Positions 1 through 9,874 of a DNA stretch of 64,000 nt are shown in pieces. This stretch comes from Myxococcota bacterium (GTDB taxonomy: Bacteria; Myxococcota_A; UBA9160; UBA4427). Each line of letters starts with the position of its first letter. Positions within the stretch are counted from its first letter, which is position 1. Position numbers and translations under genes: made by a program. Under the pieces are notes generated by a model. That model was not told where the DNA came from. It made no database searches and saw only the letters and a list, made by a program, of their open reading frames with translations. The DNA is taken from the NCBI GenBank assembly GCA_036336835.1, contig JAYZFK010000094.1, positions 1 to 64,000 on the forward strand. Reading direction: 5' to 3'.

Positions 1-324
1 GCGCAGCAGGTACTCGCCCCCGTCCTTCGGGCAGGGTGCGACGCCAAAGCCGCACAGCCCCATCACGACGCTGGTCACGCCGTGGAGGTTGGACGGAGAG
101 GCCGTGGGATCCCAGCAGAGCTGGGCATCGAGGTGGGTGTGCGGATCGACGAAGCCGGGGGTCACCCAGCAGCCCGAGGCGTCGATCTCGCGCTCGCCGG
201 CCTCGCGTCGCAGCCCACTACCGACCTCGCGGATGCGCCCTGCGACGACGCGTACATCGGCCAGGCCCGCCGGGGCTCCTGTCCCATCGACGACCGTGCC
301 ATGACGAATCAGCCAGCTGTCCAT
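1..324 (-). CDS. N-acyl-D-amino-acid deacylase / amidohydrolase family (5' part; runs off window start)
   Basis: Not in the ORF track. Manual minus-strand translation from ATG 324 gives MDSWLIRHGTVVDGTG...IDASGCWVTPGFVDPHTHLDAQLCWDP...HGVTSVVMGLCGFG, the typical D-aminoacylase N-terminus with an HxH motif. Confidence 0.88.
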   Translation of the reverse strand, partial: MDSWLIRHGTVVDGTGAPAGLADVRVVAGRIREVGSGLRREAGEREIDASGCWVTPGFVDPHTHLDAQLCWDPTASPSNLHGVTSVVMGLCGFGVAPCPKDGGEYLLR

Positions 325-496
325 CCCGGGCTCCCACGGCTCGATTCGGAGGCGATCCCCCGACCGCGTCGGACTCGAACGCTGGTAGTAGACCCTACCC
401 CAGTCCGCAGGCGGCATGGGTCGACCCCCGGCGCGGCCGCCGTGGGTATCCTGTGCCAGACGTCGACCGCCGCAGGTGCCGATCGAGGAGATACGG

Positions 497-1258
497 ATGA
501 GCGAACAGCTGGGCGAGCCGCGGCAGCTGCCGCCCCACGCAACGCTGAGGGCCTACTACGCCGACGATGCGGATCGCAGCCGCTATGTCGGCGAGTTGTT
601 CGACAAGACGGCCCACCACTATGACACGATCGAAAGGATCTTCGGCAACGCCGGCCTGCTCTACCGCCGCTGGGCGCTGCGCATCAACGGTCTGCGACCG
701 GGCATGAAGCTGCTCGACGTCGCGGTCGGAACCGCCGCCGTAGCGCGCGGCGCGGCACGCATCGTCGGGCCCAGCGGCCGGGTGCTCGGCGTCGATCCGA
801 ACCGCGCCATGCTGGGACAGGCACGCAAGCACTTCGACGGACCGCTCGTCCGAGGTGTCGCGCAGGACCTGCCGTTTGCGAACGACAGTTTCGATTTCGT
901 CACGATGGGCATCGCGCTGCGCCACGTCTCGGATCTGAGGGCGGCGTTCGGCGAATACCTGCGCGTGCTCAAGCCCGGCGGCAGGCTGTGGATCCTGGAG
1001 GGACACGTCGCCGCGTCGCGACTGGGCTATGCGCTGACCCGTTTTGCCTGGGGCCGCGTGATCCCCGCGCTCACGCAGCTCTTCACGGGCAGCCGCGAAG
1101 CCAGGCTGCTGATGGACTACTACTGGGACACGGTCGATCAGTGCGTCCCGCCGGCCGAGATCGTCGACGCACTCGAGCAGGCCGGCTTCGAGCACGCGCG
1201 TACCCGCGTCACGCTGCCGGGCGCATTCTGCGAGTACAAGGGCCAGAAGGCGACCTGA
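497..1258 (+). CDS. Class I SAM-dependent methyltransferase (UbiE/MenG-like)
   Basis: LLDVAVGTA motif I, LPFANDSFD, RVLKPGG; GAGGAG RBS before ATG 497. Confidence 0.85.
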   Translation: MSEQLGEPRQLPPHATLRAYYADDADRSRYVGELFDKTAHHYDTIERIFGNAGLLYRRWALRINGLRPGMKLLDVAVGTAAVARGAARIVGPSGRVLGVDPNRAMLGQARKHFDGPLVRGVAQDLPFANDSFDFVTMGIALRHVSDLRAAFGEYLRVLKPGGRLWILEGHVAASRLGYALTRFAWGRVIPALTQLFTGSREARLLMDYYWDTVDQCVPPAEIVDALEQAGFEHARTRVTLPGAFCEYKGQKAT

Positions 1259-1271
1259 CGAGACGCGGCAG

Positions 1272-2510
1272 TCAGTCGTCGGCCGCGCACAGGATCGCGG
1301 TCGCCAGAACCGTGATCGCGCGCTCGAGCTCGTCGTCGGGTGGCATCGTCGGCGCGATTCGGATGTTGCGATCCTGCGGATCGCGACCGTGCGGGAACGT
1401 GGCCCCGGCGGGGGTCAGCGCGACGCCGGCGCGCGCAGCCAGCTCGAACACCCGCCGCGCCTTGCCCGGCTGCGTGTCGAGGCTCACGAAGTAGCCGCCG
1501 TCCGGCTGGGTCCAGCTCGCGAGTCCCGTGCCAGCCAGCCGCTCGGTCAGTCCGCGCTGGACCGCAGCGAACTTGGGCCGCAGCAGCTCGGCGTGGCGCC
1601 TCATGTGCGCGCGCACTCCGTCGGCGTCGCCGAAGAAGCGCACGTGCCGCAGCTGATTGAGCTTGTCGCCGCCAATCGTGCGGATACCCCGATGGCTTCG
1701 CATCCATTCGACGTTGGCCGCGCTGCCCCCGAAGGCCGAAATTCCGGCGCCAGCAAACGTGATCTTGGAGGTCGACCCGAACAGCCACACGCGATCCGGG
1801 TTGCCCGAGTCGGCACAGGCGCGCAGCACGTCGGCCACCGAAGCGAGCTTCTCATCGATGTGGTGCACCACGTAGGCGTTGTCCCAGAGAATCCGAAAGT
1901 CGGGCGCGGCCGTCTTCATCGCGGCGAGCGCGCGCACCTCTTCCGGGCTCAGTGTGGTGCCGACCGGGTTCTGATACTTGGGCACCACCCAGATGCCCTT
2001 GACCCGCTCGTCGGACGCGGCGAGCCGCTCGATCGCCTCGATGTCCAGGCCCTGCTCCGAGATGTCTACATTCGTCATGCCGAGCCCGAGGCGCTCGGTC
2101 AGCGCGAAGTGGCGGTCATAGCCCGGCACCGGGCACAGGAGCGTGGCCTGCTGTCCCTGCCAGGGGCCACTCCCGCCCGGGACGCCGCGCAGCACCGCAT
2201 TGCTGACGGCGTCGTGCATCAGCGTCAAGCTCGAGTTCTCGCCGATCAGGATGCCCTCGGCGGGCACGTCGAGCAGCTCGCCGAACAGCGCGCGAGCCTC
2301 GGGCAGCCCATCGGGCAAGCCGTAGTTGCGGCAGTCGTTGCCGTGTCTGTCGAGGTAATCGTCCGGTCCGAGCGCGGTCAACATCTCGCGCGACAAATCG
2401 AGCTGTGCAGCCGATGGCTTGCCGCGCGTGAGATCGAGCGGGACCGGATCGGTACAGATCGCCTCGAATCGCAGCCGGGCTTCGCGGATTCGAGCTTGCA
2501 GGGCGTCCAT
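1272..2510 (-). CDS. PLP-dependent aminotransferase, class I/II fold (aspartate aminotransferase-like)
   Basis: LDLTRGKP, RNYG, PGYDRHF, VPKYQNP, WDNAY, STSKIT (PLP Lys), GGYF, RIAPT; start taken at ATG 2510. Confidence 0.88.
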   Translation of the reverse strand: MDALQARIREARLRFEAICTDPVPLDLTRGKPSAAQLDLSREMLTALGPDDYLDRHGNDCRNYGLPDGLPEARALFGELLDVPAEGILIGENSSLTLMHDAVSNAVLRGVPGGSGPWQGQQATLLCPVPGYDRHFALTERLGLGMTNVDISEQGLDIEAIERLAASDERVKGIWVVPKYQNPVGTTLSPEEVRALAAMKTAAPDFRILWDNAYVVHHIDEKLASVADVLRACADSGNPDRVWLFGSTSKITFAGAGISAFGGSAANVEWMRSHRGIRTIGGDKLNQLRHVRFFGDADGVRAHMRRHAELLRPKFAAVQRGLTERLAGTGLASWTQPDGGYFVSLDTQPGKARRVFELAARAGVALTPAGATFPHGRDPQDRNIRIAPTMPPDDELERAITVLATAILCAADD

Positions 2511-2665
2511 GGTTGCTTCCTCGAGACGTCGCTGGCGCCGGACCCTAGCGGATCCCGCCGCCGCAAGTTGCGCGTGCCCGGCTCGGCAGTTGCCCACTGG
2601 GTGCCGCTGCAGGAACTGCCAAGCCCAGCCACCGATTGGCCGATACCAGGCGACGAGGTACCCCA

Positions 2666-3231
2666 GTGATCGACCGAGAGGACTCCCCGCCCGGCCTCGC
2701 GCCCGACTACCGACTCTCGGACCGCTACACCGCCGACAGCGGTACGGTGTTCATGACCGGGCTGCAGGCACTGGCCCGGCTTCCGATCGAGCAGCTGCGA
2801 GTCGACCGATCTGCCGGACTGCACACCGCCGCCTTCGTCTCCGGCTACCCGGGCTCGCCGGCTGCGACGCGCGGATCGCGTGGCAGCTGCATCCGCCGCT
2901 GCTGCGGGCACTCGGGCTGCGCCGCAAGCTCTCCATCGGCCTGTGGGCCACACCGCTGATCCGCGCTCTGGCTGCGGCCCGGTGGCTGCGCAGCAGCCGC
3001 TTCGATCCCTTCGGCTGGCCCAGGATCCGGCGCATCGAGCGAGCGCTTCCGGCGCAGTACCGCGAGGCAGTCGCCACCCTCCTCGAGTCCCTGAAGCCCG
3101 ACAATCTCGACGAGGCCGCGTCGATCGCCGCCCTGCCCTGCGAGATCCGCGGCTACGAAGCACTCAAGCTCGCGCGGGTGGCCGAGTACCGGCAGCGCCT
3201 CGCCGAGCGGCTCGACGAATTCCGCGGCTGA
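2666..3231 (+). pseudogene. Indolepyruvate ferredoxin oxidoreductase remnant with large internal deletion and frame change
   Basis: 2666-2860 encodes the IOR N-terminus (YRLSDRY...TGLQALARLP...FVSGYPGSP). From about 2860 a different frame encodes the IOR C-terminus (LHPPLLRALGLRRKL...FDPFGW...ERAL...IRGYEALK). Confidence 0.8.
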
Positions 3232-3306
3232 TCGCCCGCCCCGCTCCGTCCGATCGCGCTGGAAGCGCGCGGCGCAATCGAGCAGGATGCGCCGGCGGAG
3301 GCGACG

Positions 3307-4206
3307 ATGCCGGAGTTCTACCTGTTCCTGCCACAGATGCGAATGCCGCTCGACGCAATCGTCGAGCGAGCGCGGGCGGCCGAGGCATCGGGCTTCGCCG
3401 GCATCGCGCTGATGGACCACCTGAGCCCGCCCGGCATCGAGACGATGCCGATGTACGACGCGATGATCTCGGCGGGCTGGATCGCGGCGGCCACGTCGAG
3501 CCTGCGGGTCGGCCACCTGGTGCTGTGTGATGCGTTCCGGCACCCGGCGGTCCTGGCGCGCCAGGCGGTTACGCTCGATCACGCCAGCGGCGGCCGCTTC
3601 GAGCTCGGCATCGGCTGGGGCTCGGTTCCCCACGAGCTCGAGGTCTACGGCGTCGGCGCTACCGCGGCGAAGGCCCGGGTCGCACGCCTGGACGAAACAC
3701 TCGAGGTGCTCCAGCTCCTGTGGAGCGGAGAGCGCGTCGACTTCCAGGGCGAGTACCACCGCATTCGCGGCGGCCTGCAGCAGCCAACTCCGCTCGACCG
3801 GATCCCGATCCTGATCGGCGGCGCCGGCCCGCAGACGCTGCGACTGGTCGAGGCTCACGCGGACTGGTGGAACTGTCCGCTCTACGCGCTCGACCGCTTC
3901 GACGAGCTGCTCAGCTCAGTCGGCAAGGCGCGTGCGTCGATCCAGGAGATGCTGGCCTTCGTGCCCGAAGGCGCCGATCGCACTGCGGTCGGCCAGCTCG
4001 CGGAACGGCGCTTTGCCGCGATGGGCTTCCGGCTCGGCGAAGCAGGCGAGCTGCGGGACCACTTCGCCGAGCTGGGCGAGCGCGGCGTAGAACGCTGCTA
4101 CGCGTGGTTCAGCGATTTCGCGCCACCCGAGACACTGGCCGCGTTCGGCCGCGAGGTCATCGAGCCGCTGCACAGCGACAATCGGACGCGCGGTCACTCG
4201 GCGTAA
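3307..4206 (+). CDS. LLM-class (luciferase-like) flavin/F420-dependent oxidoreductase
   Basis: MDH, FRHPAVLARQAVTLDHASGGRFELGIGWG, ILIGGAG; GGAGG RBS. Confidence 0.9.
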   Translation: MPEFYLFLPQMRMPLDAIVERARAAEASGFAGIALMDHLSPPGIETMPMYDAMISAGWIAAATSSLRVGHLVLCDAFRHPAVLARQAVTLDHASGGRFELGIGWGSVPHELEVYGVGATAAKARVARLDETLEVLQLLWSGERVDFQGEYHRIRGGLQQPTPLDRIPILIGGAGPQTLRLVEAHADWWNCPLYALDRFDELLSSVGKARASIQEMLAFVPEGADRTAVGQLAERRFAAMGFRLGEAGELRDHFAELGERGVERCYAWFSDFAPPETLAAFGREVIEPLHSDNRTRGHSA

Positions 4207-5573
4207 CCGAGTGCCTCGAGCTGCTCGCGGATCCCTGGATCGAGCCTCGGCTTCACTGTGGGGTCGCTGCGCCCAGCGCGAACCCACGGCTCGATCGCCA
4301 CGCGCAGCCGCTCGACCACCTCGGGGTGGTCCTCGGCGAGGTTGCGCTGCTCGGCGGGATCCTCGGACAGGTCGAACAGCTCCACCTGGCTTCCCAGCAC
4401 GTGGTCGTTGCGCTCGACGGGCCAGATCAGCTTCCAGCGCCCCTCGCGGATCGCAACGGCGCGATTCGACGCGTGCGGGTGCACGAAGCGCCGGCGCTGC
4501 TGCAGCGCTTCGTCCGGCTCTCCGCGCAGCGCCGAGACCAGGCTGAGTCCGTCCACCGCGTGCTGCAGCTCGACGCCGAGCAGCTCCGCCACGGTCGGGG
4601 CGATGTCGAGCGTCCACACCGGCAAGGCCGAGCGGCCGGGCAGCAGGCCGGGGACACGCACCAGCAGCGGGATGCGCAGCACCTCGTCGTACACGCCGAC
4701 GTGCGCGTAGTAGATGCCGTGTTCGCCCAGGCTCTCGCCGTGGTCGGCCGTCACGACGATCACCGTGTCCCGGGCGAGCCCCGAACTCTCGAGTCCACCC
4801 AGCAGACGGCCGAGCTCGCGATCCGTGTAGTGCAGCTCGGCGGTGTACTTCGCGCGCGCCCAGGCGGGATCGCGCACGTCGCCGAGCCAGCGCTTCAGCC
4901 GCTCCCCCACGCCGAAATGGGTGGCGCGCTCGAAGAAGGGCGCCGCTGCGATCGGCGGCCCATCGCCGGCAGTGGGGTCACCCTGGTAGAACTGCTCGAA
5001 CACCTCGTCGGGCGGCTCGTACAGCGTGTGCGGGTTCCAGTAGTGGACCCACATGAAGAAGGGCTGCTCGCGCGGCCCGCCGAGCCAGTCGAGGGCGCGA
5101 CGGGTCACCTCGGCCGCGTCGAGCACACCCGCGACCTCGGGCAGCGTGTCGAAGCCCTTCCAGCCGAACGCGCGGCCGAGCGGTTGCGCCGCCACGAAGC
5201 CCGCCGTCGCGTAGCCCGCACGTGCCAGTCCTTCCGCCAGCGAATCGAGACCGTCGGGAAGCCTCGCGAAGTTGCTCGTCACACCGTGCCGCAGCGAGCC
5301 CATTCCGGTCATGATCGAGAGGTGGGAGGGATTGGTGACGTTGGTCTCGCTGTAGGCGACGTCGAAGACGACCGATCGCGCTCCGAGAGCGTCCAGGTTC
5401 GGGGTCGCTCCCTCCACACCGCCCAGCAGGGACAGGCCGTCGGCCCGTGTGGTATCGAGCGTAATCAGGACCAGGTTCCAGCGGGGCGACCTCGCGGGCT
5501 CGCTACAGCCGAGCGCGAGCATCAACGCCGCTGCGGTGACGCTCCAGCGTCGAGTGCGAGCCGTGTGAGCCAG
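4194..5573 (-). CDS. Sulfatase-like hydrolase/transferase (alkaline phosphatase superfamily), probable lipoprotein
   Basis: LVLITLDTTRAD, TNPSHLSIMTG, HYWNPH, TADHGE, ELFDLSEDPAEQRNL; LALGC lipobox. Start uncertain (TTG 5525 or CTG 5573). Confidence 0.82.
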   Translation of the reverse strand: MAHTARTRRWSVTAAALMLALGCSEPARSPRWNLVLITLDTTRADGLSLLGGVEGATPNLDALGARSVVFDVAYSETNVTNPSHLSIMTGMGSLRHGVTSNFARLPDGLDSLAEGLARAGYATAGFVAAQPLGRAFGWKGFDTLPEVAGVLDAAEVTRRALDWLGGPREQPFFMWVHYWNPHTLYEPPDEVFEQFYQGDPTAGDGPPIAAAPFFERATHFGVGERLKRWLGDVRDPAWARAKYTAELHYTDRELGRLLGGLESSGLARDTVIVVTADHGESLGEHGIYYAHVGVYDEVLRIPLLVRVPGLLPGRSALPVWTLDIAPTVAELLGVELQHAVDGLSLVSALRGEPDEALQQRRRFVHPHASNRAVAIREGRWKLIWPVERNDHVLGSQVELFDLSEDPAEQRNLAEDHPEVVERLRVAIEPWVRAGRSDPTVKPRLDPGIREQLEALGYAE

Positions 5574-5644
5574 GGCGTCCGGGTCTCCGCCAGGGGCTGC
5601 CGAGTGTACCGCGCGGCGCCTCGCCGTGCGGCTAGACTGCGAGC

Positions 5645-6403
5645 GTGCTCGACCAGACCCAGCGAGACCAGCTGCGCAGCATGGGGTTCGTCAACCTCGG
5701 TCGTGTATTCAGCGATGACGAGCTCGCCCAGATCGCACGCGAGTACGACCAGCTCGTCACACTCGAAGCGCAAACGCTCGGCACGCCCGAGGAAGGCGTC
5801 TATCCCTATCGCGCGATGCTGGGCTTCCGCAGCGAGACCCTGTCCGGCTTCCTGAGACACCCGGCCCTGCTCGAAATCGCGGTCGACGTACTCGGCAACG
5901 ACGTGCGCTTCTGGTGGGATCAGGGCATCGACAAGCGGCCCGGCGCCGGGAGCTTCATCGCCTGGCACCAGGACAACGGCTATACGCGCGGACGGATCGG
6001 CGAGTACCTGAGCTGCTGGCTCGCGCTCGACACCTCGACACTCGACAACGGCGGGCTCGAGGCGATCCCCGGCTCGCACCGGCTGGGAGACCGGCCCCAC
6101 GAGATGCGTGGCCCGCACGCAGTGATCGACACGGCCGGCATCGAGACCGAGCGGGCCGTGCCGCTCGACGCCGCGGCGGGCGACCTGCTGGTCTTCTCGT
6201 CACTGCTCGTCCACCAGACGGTCGGAAACCTGACCGCCGATCGGCATCGACGTGCCTGGGTAATCCAGTACTGCCGTGGCGATCAACGCAACGAGGTCAC
6301 GGGCGAACGCTACGACGACCGGCCCTGGGTGGTGCGCGGCGGCGAGCCCGTTGCCGAGCCCTGGTCCGAGCGCCCTTTCGATCTGCACGCCAGCCGCCCC
6401 TGA
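5645..6403 (+). CDS. Phytanoyl-CoA dioxygenase (PhyH) family Fe(II)/2OG oxygenase
   Basis: WHQDNGY (HxD), WLALD, NGGLEAIPGSH, distal His in LLVHQT. Confidence 0.88.
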   Translation: MLDQTQRDQLRSMGFVNLGRVFSDDELAQIAREYDQLVTLEAQTLGTPEEGVYPYRAMLGFRSETLSGFLRHPALLEIAVDVLGNDVRFWWDQGIDKRPGAGSFIAWHQDNGYTRGRIGEYLSCWLALDTSTLDNGGLEAIPGSHRLGDRPHEMRGPHAVIDTAGIETERAVPLDAAAGDLLVFSSLLVHQTVGNLTADRHRRAWVIQYCRGDQRNEVTGERYDDRPWVVRGGEPVAEPWSERPFDLHASRP

Positions 6404-6406
6404 GGC

Positions 6407-7924
6407 TCAGGGCGGCGGCCCGTACACGGAGCGCGCCCAGGCAGCGAGCAGCGGCGCGGTCGCATCCAGACCGCGCTCGGGCAGCTCGTCGAAGGGCTCG
6501 GCCGGCCAGAACACACCCACCGGCGGCCGTGCTTGCAGCCGTTGCACGAAGCCGCGCTCCTCGGCTTCGCTGATGAACGTCCCCGGCATGACCACGTCGA
6601 GCCAGCCGGGCCCGGCGAACTCGCCGGTGGTATAGAGCAGCGGACGCGCGCTCAGGTCCAGCAGCAGCCGCTCCGGGTCGCCCCGCTCGATCCGCGCCCG
6701 GGCGGCGCGCTGGCTCGCCCGCAGTGCGGCACGTTGCTCGAGCCAGCTCGTCTGCCCGCTCGCCGCGCTGCCCGTGAGATCGCGCAGCAGCGGCACCAGC
6801 GCGCGGTCCGCGCCCCAGCAGCCGACCCACAGCACGAAGACCGCGGTTCCCACCGCGACGCCCGCTCGCGGCTCGCGCAGTCGCGGAGCGACCACACCCA
6901 TTGCGTGCACCCCGAGCAGACACAGTGGTGGAAGCGCCGACACCAGATGCGCCTCGTCGGAGCGACCCAGCGTGCGTGTGAAGTAGACCAGTGCAAACAG
7001 CCAGGTACACAGCAGCAGCGGCTCGCCGAACGACTCGGCGCGCGGTCCGGCACGGCGCGCCCGCCGCCAGGCTGCGGCGAAGGCAACGCCGTAGCCCGCG
7101 AGCAGCACGGGGTAGAGCCAGAACTGCAGCGCCACGAACGAGGCGGTCCAGGCATCGCGACCCGAGACGTCGCCCGACCACAGCGGCGGCACCGCCAGAT
7201 ACTGCTGCTCCGTCATCACCACCGGGCGCACCACCACCTCGCGCCACAGCGTCGCCAGGTCGACCCCCGTCCCGGTCGTCGCCCAGGCGATCAGCGGCAC
7301 CAGCACCACGAGGACACCCGCCGCATAGCAGGCCCAGTCGCGCAGCCAGCGCGCGGGGCCACCGGACCTGGTGAGGGTCGTGAGCCCGATTGCGACGCTG
7401 ACGGCGAAGCCCGGAGTGAGCCGGAAGCTGGTCGCGACCCCGGCCGCGATGCCCGCCCCCAGCAGCCAGCGGCGATCTTCAGCCTCGCCGCTGCGGGCAA
7501 ACGCGAGCAACGCGAGCACGCTCCACACGAGGTATCGGTAACCGAAGACGTTGTGGTGCGAGTGCGCGCGGAAGCTCGCCACGGCCACCAGCAGTGCGGC
7601 GAGCAGCGCGAGATGGGGCGGCAGCAGGCGACGTCCGAGGGCGTAGAGCGCGAGTGCCAGCGCCAGGTCGAAGGCCGCGTACAGCACACGACTGAGTTCT
7701 ACGCCTGGCGGCGCGATGGCAAAGGCGAGCCAGGCTGGGAGCAGATGCCCGGGCGGAAACACGAAGAAGGTGTCCGCATAGAGGGTGCCGCCCTCGTGCA
7801 GCCGCTTGGCCGCGTACAGCGGCCAGCCCTCGTCGATCGGGTTCGGCGGCCCGTATAGAAACAGCGCCTCGTAGCCGACGCAGACCAGCGCGATCCAGAG
7901 GGCGTGGCGGACGGTCGTACTCAC
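6407..7924 (-). CDS. Polytopic membrane protein, GT-C-type glycosyltransferase-like
   Basis: DEG acidic motif after first TM, LYADTFFVFPPG, many TM helices; GGAGG before GTG 7924. Confidence 0.65.
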   Translation of the reverse strand: MSTTVRHALWIALVCVGYEALFLYGPPNPIDEGWPLYAAKRLHEGGTLYADTFFVFPPGHLLPAWLAFAIAPPGVELSRVLYAAFDLALALALYALGRRLLPPHLALLAALLVAVASFRAHSHHNVFGYRYLVWSVLALLAFARSGEAEDRRWLLGAGIAAGVATSFRLTPGFAVSVAIGLTTLTRSGGPARWLRDWACYAAGVLVVLVPLIAWATTGTGVDLATLWREVVVRPVVMTEQQYLAVPPLWSGDVSGRDAWTASFVALQFWLYPVLLAGYGVAFAAAWRRARRAGPRAESFGEPLLLCTWLFALVYFTRTLGRSDEAHLVSALPPLCLLGVHAMGVVAPRLREPRAGVAVGTAVFVLWVGCWGADRALVPLLRDLTGSAASGQTSWLEQRAALRASQRAARARIERGDPERLLLDLSARPLLYTTGEFAGPGWLDVVMPGTFISEAEERGFVQRLQARPPVGVFWPAEPFDELPERGLDATAPLLAAWARSVYGPPP

Positions 7925-8113
7925 AGCGCCTCCGCAGAGCGATCCGAGGCGCCACCGCTCCGACGCCAGCCGACGCCGACTGCAAAGCCAGCCCGGAGCA
8001 GTGCCGTGAGCCGCCGAACGCGCACGCCGGCATGTTGGCACCCGAAGGCGCGCACCGCCCGCGCCGGGCCGCCGCCTGGCGGCGCCCCCGTGTGACGTGA
8101 TAGAGCAGCAGCC

Positions 8114-9190
8114 ATGACGAGCACCCGCGACGTCCAGACCCGCAGCCTGCGCCTCCACACGCTCGAGACCGGCCCGGCCGATGGCGAGCCCGTCGTACTG
8201 CTGCACGGCTTCCCACAGACCCACCACATGTGGCGGCATCAGATCCCGGTGCTGGCCGAGCGCTACCACCTGTTTGCCCCCGATACACGCGGCTATGGCG
8301 GCAGCGAGAAGCCACGCGTCCGGCTATCGCGCGAGACGCTGGCGCGCGACATCGTCGACTTCCTCGACGCGCTCGAGATCGAACGCGCCCACCTCGTCGG
8401 GCACGACTGGGGCGGCGTGATCGCCGCCGCCGTGGCGCTCAAGTTCCCCGAGCGAGTCGAGCGCCTCGCCCTGATCGACACCCTGGTCTCGGTCTGGATC
8501 CCATGGGGCATCCACGGCTACTGGTTCAAGTGCGAGCCCGAGGCCGAGGAGTTCTTCGCCAAGCACCACCGCGCCTTCATCCGCTCGCTGTTCGCTGGCG
8601 AGCCCGCGCCCTATGCCGGGCCACCGGAATCGCCCTGGGCAGCCGTCGAGGGCTCGGCGGGCAGCGCAGCACTGGACGGCTTCGATCCAACGCAGTTCTG
8701 GACTGCGGAAGACGTCGCCGTCTACGAGCAGCAGTTCGCCGATCCCGGCTGCTGGTTCCACGCCGTCGACTACTACCGCCACGGCCTGCCGTTCCACATC
8801 CAACGCGCGGACCCTTCTGCGACGGGTGGCGTGACGCACGAGTTCCTGTCCGATCCGACGGTCGCCGCGATGTGGCGGCGTCCGGACCTGCTGTTCGCCG
8901 ATCCCGTCTGGCAGGAGCACTTCATGGTGTTCGCGCCCGAGGACTGGCAGCGCCGGTTTGCGAACCCGACGCTCTACCTGTTCAGCCCGTTTCTCGTGCC
9001 CGACGCGTTCGTGGACGGTGCCCTGCCCGCCGACGGCTACATCCCGAGCGGCAATCCATACGCCGACTCGTTTGCGCACCACTTTCCCGACCTGCGCACG
9101 CGCGGGGCGCTGTGCGGTCACTTCATCCCCGAGGAGGCGCCGGAGCGCACGAACGACCTGCTGATCCGCTTCCTGGCCGGGGAGATCTGA
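8114..9190 (+). CDS. Alpha/beta hydrolase (epoxide hydrolase/haloacetate dehalogenase-like)
   Basis: LLHGFPQ, DTRGYGGS, GHDWGG nucleophile elbow, GHFIPEE. Confidence 0.88.
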   Translation: MTSTRDVQTRSLRLHTLETGPADGEPVVLLHGFPQTHHMWRHQIPVLAERYHLFAPDTRGYGGSEKPRVRLSRETLARDIVDFLDALEIERAHLVGHDWGGVIAAAVALKFPERVERLALIDTLVSVWIPWGIHGYWFKCEPEAEEFFAKHHRAFIRSLFAGEPAPYAGPPESPWAAVEGSAGSAALDGFDPTQFWTAEDVAVYEQQFADPGCWFHAVDYYRHGLPFHIQRADPSATGGVTHEFLSDPTVAAMWRRPDLLFADPVWQEHFMVFAPEDWQRRFANPTLYLFSPFLVPDAFVDGALPADGYIPSGNPYADSFAHHFPDLRTRGALCGHFIPEEAPERTNDLLIRFLAGEI

Positions 9191-9313
9191 CGTCCCGTCG
9201 CAGCGGTCGAGCGAGCCTGCGGGCCGATCTCGCAGGAACTCGGGCAAGCGAGGGTCGCCCGCCGACGTCGTCCTCGAGCCACCGGGCCGTGAGCGGCTCG
9301 CTATGCTGCCCGC

Positions 9314-9796
9314 GTGCCCCCGCCCTTCATCCACAGCCACGCCCTGTGCGAGACCCGCGATGTCGGAGACGGCACGCGGATCTGGGCGTTCGCCTACATC
9401 CTCGACGGCGCCCGGATCGGTCGGGACGTCAACGTCTGCAGTCACGTCTTCATCGAGAACGAGGTCGCGGTCGGCGATCGCGTCACGATCAAGAGCGGCG
9501 TGCAGCTCTGGAACGGTATCGAGGTCGAAGACGACGTCTTCATCGGCCCGAACGCGACGTTCACCAACGACCTGTTTCCGCGCAGCAAGCAGCAGCCCGA
9601 GAGCTGGCCGCGCACACGGCTATGCCACGGGGCCTCGATCGGGGCGAACGCCACGATCCTGGCCGGGACGACGATTGGCGAACGCGCAATGGTCGGGGCC
9701 GGCGCGGTCGTCACGCGCGACGTCGCACCGCACACGGTGGTCGCCGGCAACCCGGCCCGCGTCCTCCGGACGCTCGAGGAAGACGGCGAGAGCTAG
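9314..9796 (+). CDS. Hexapeptide-repeat N-acyltransferase (WxcM/FdtC/WbpD-like sugar acyltransferase)
   Basis: VGDGTRIWAFA, FIGPNATFTND, SIGANATIL, GAGAVVTRDV, VAGNPAR. Confidence 0.88.
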   Translation: MPPPFIHSHALCETRDVGDGTRIWAFAYILDGARIGRDVNVCSHVFIENEVAVGDRVTIKSGVQLWNGIEVEDDVFIGPNATFTNDLFPRSKQQPESWPRTRLCHGASIGANATILAGTTIGERAMVGAGAVVTRDVAPHTVVAGNPARVLRTLEEDGES

Positions 9797-9874
9797 GCGC
9801 CTCGCGCGACCCTGCGCTGCCAACGCAGAGGGCGCCGCCTCCTGGCGCTCCGCTTCATTCGCTTCTCCGGCGGC

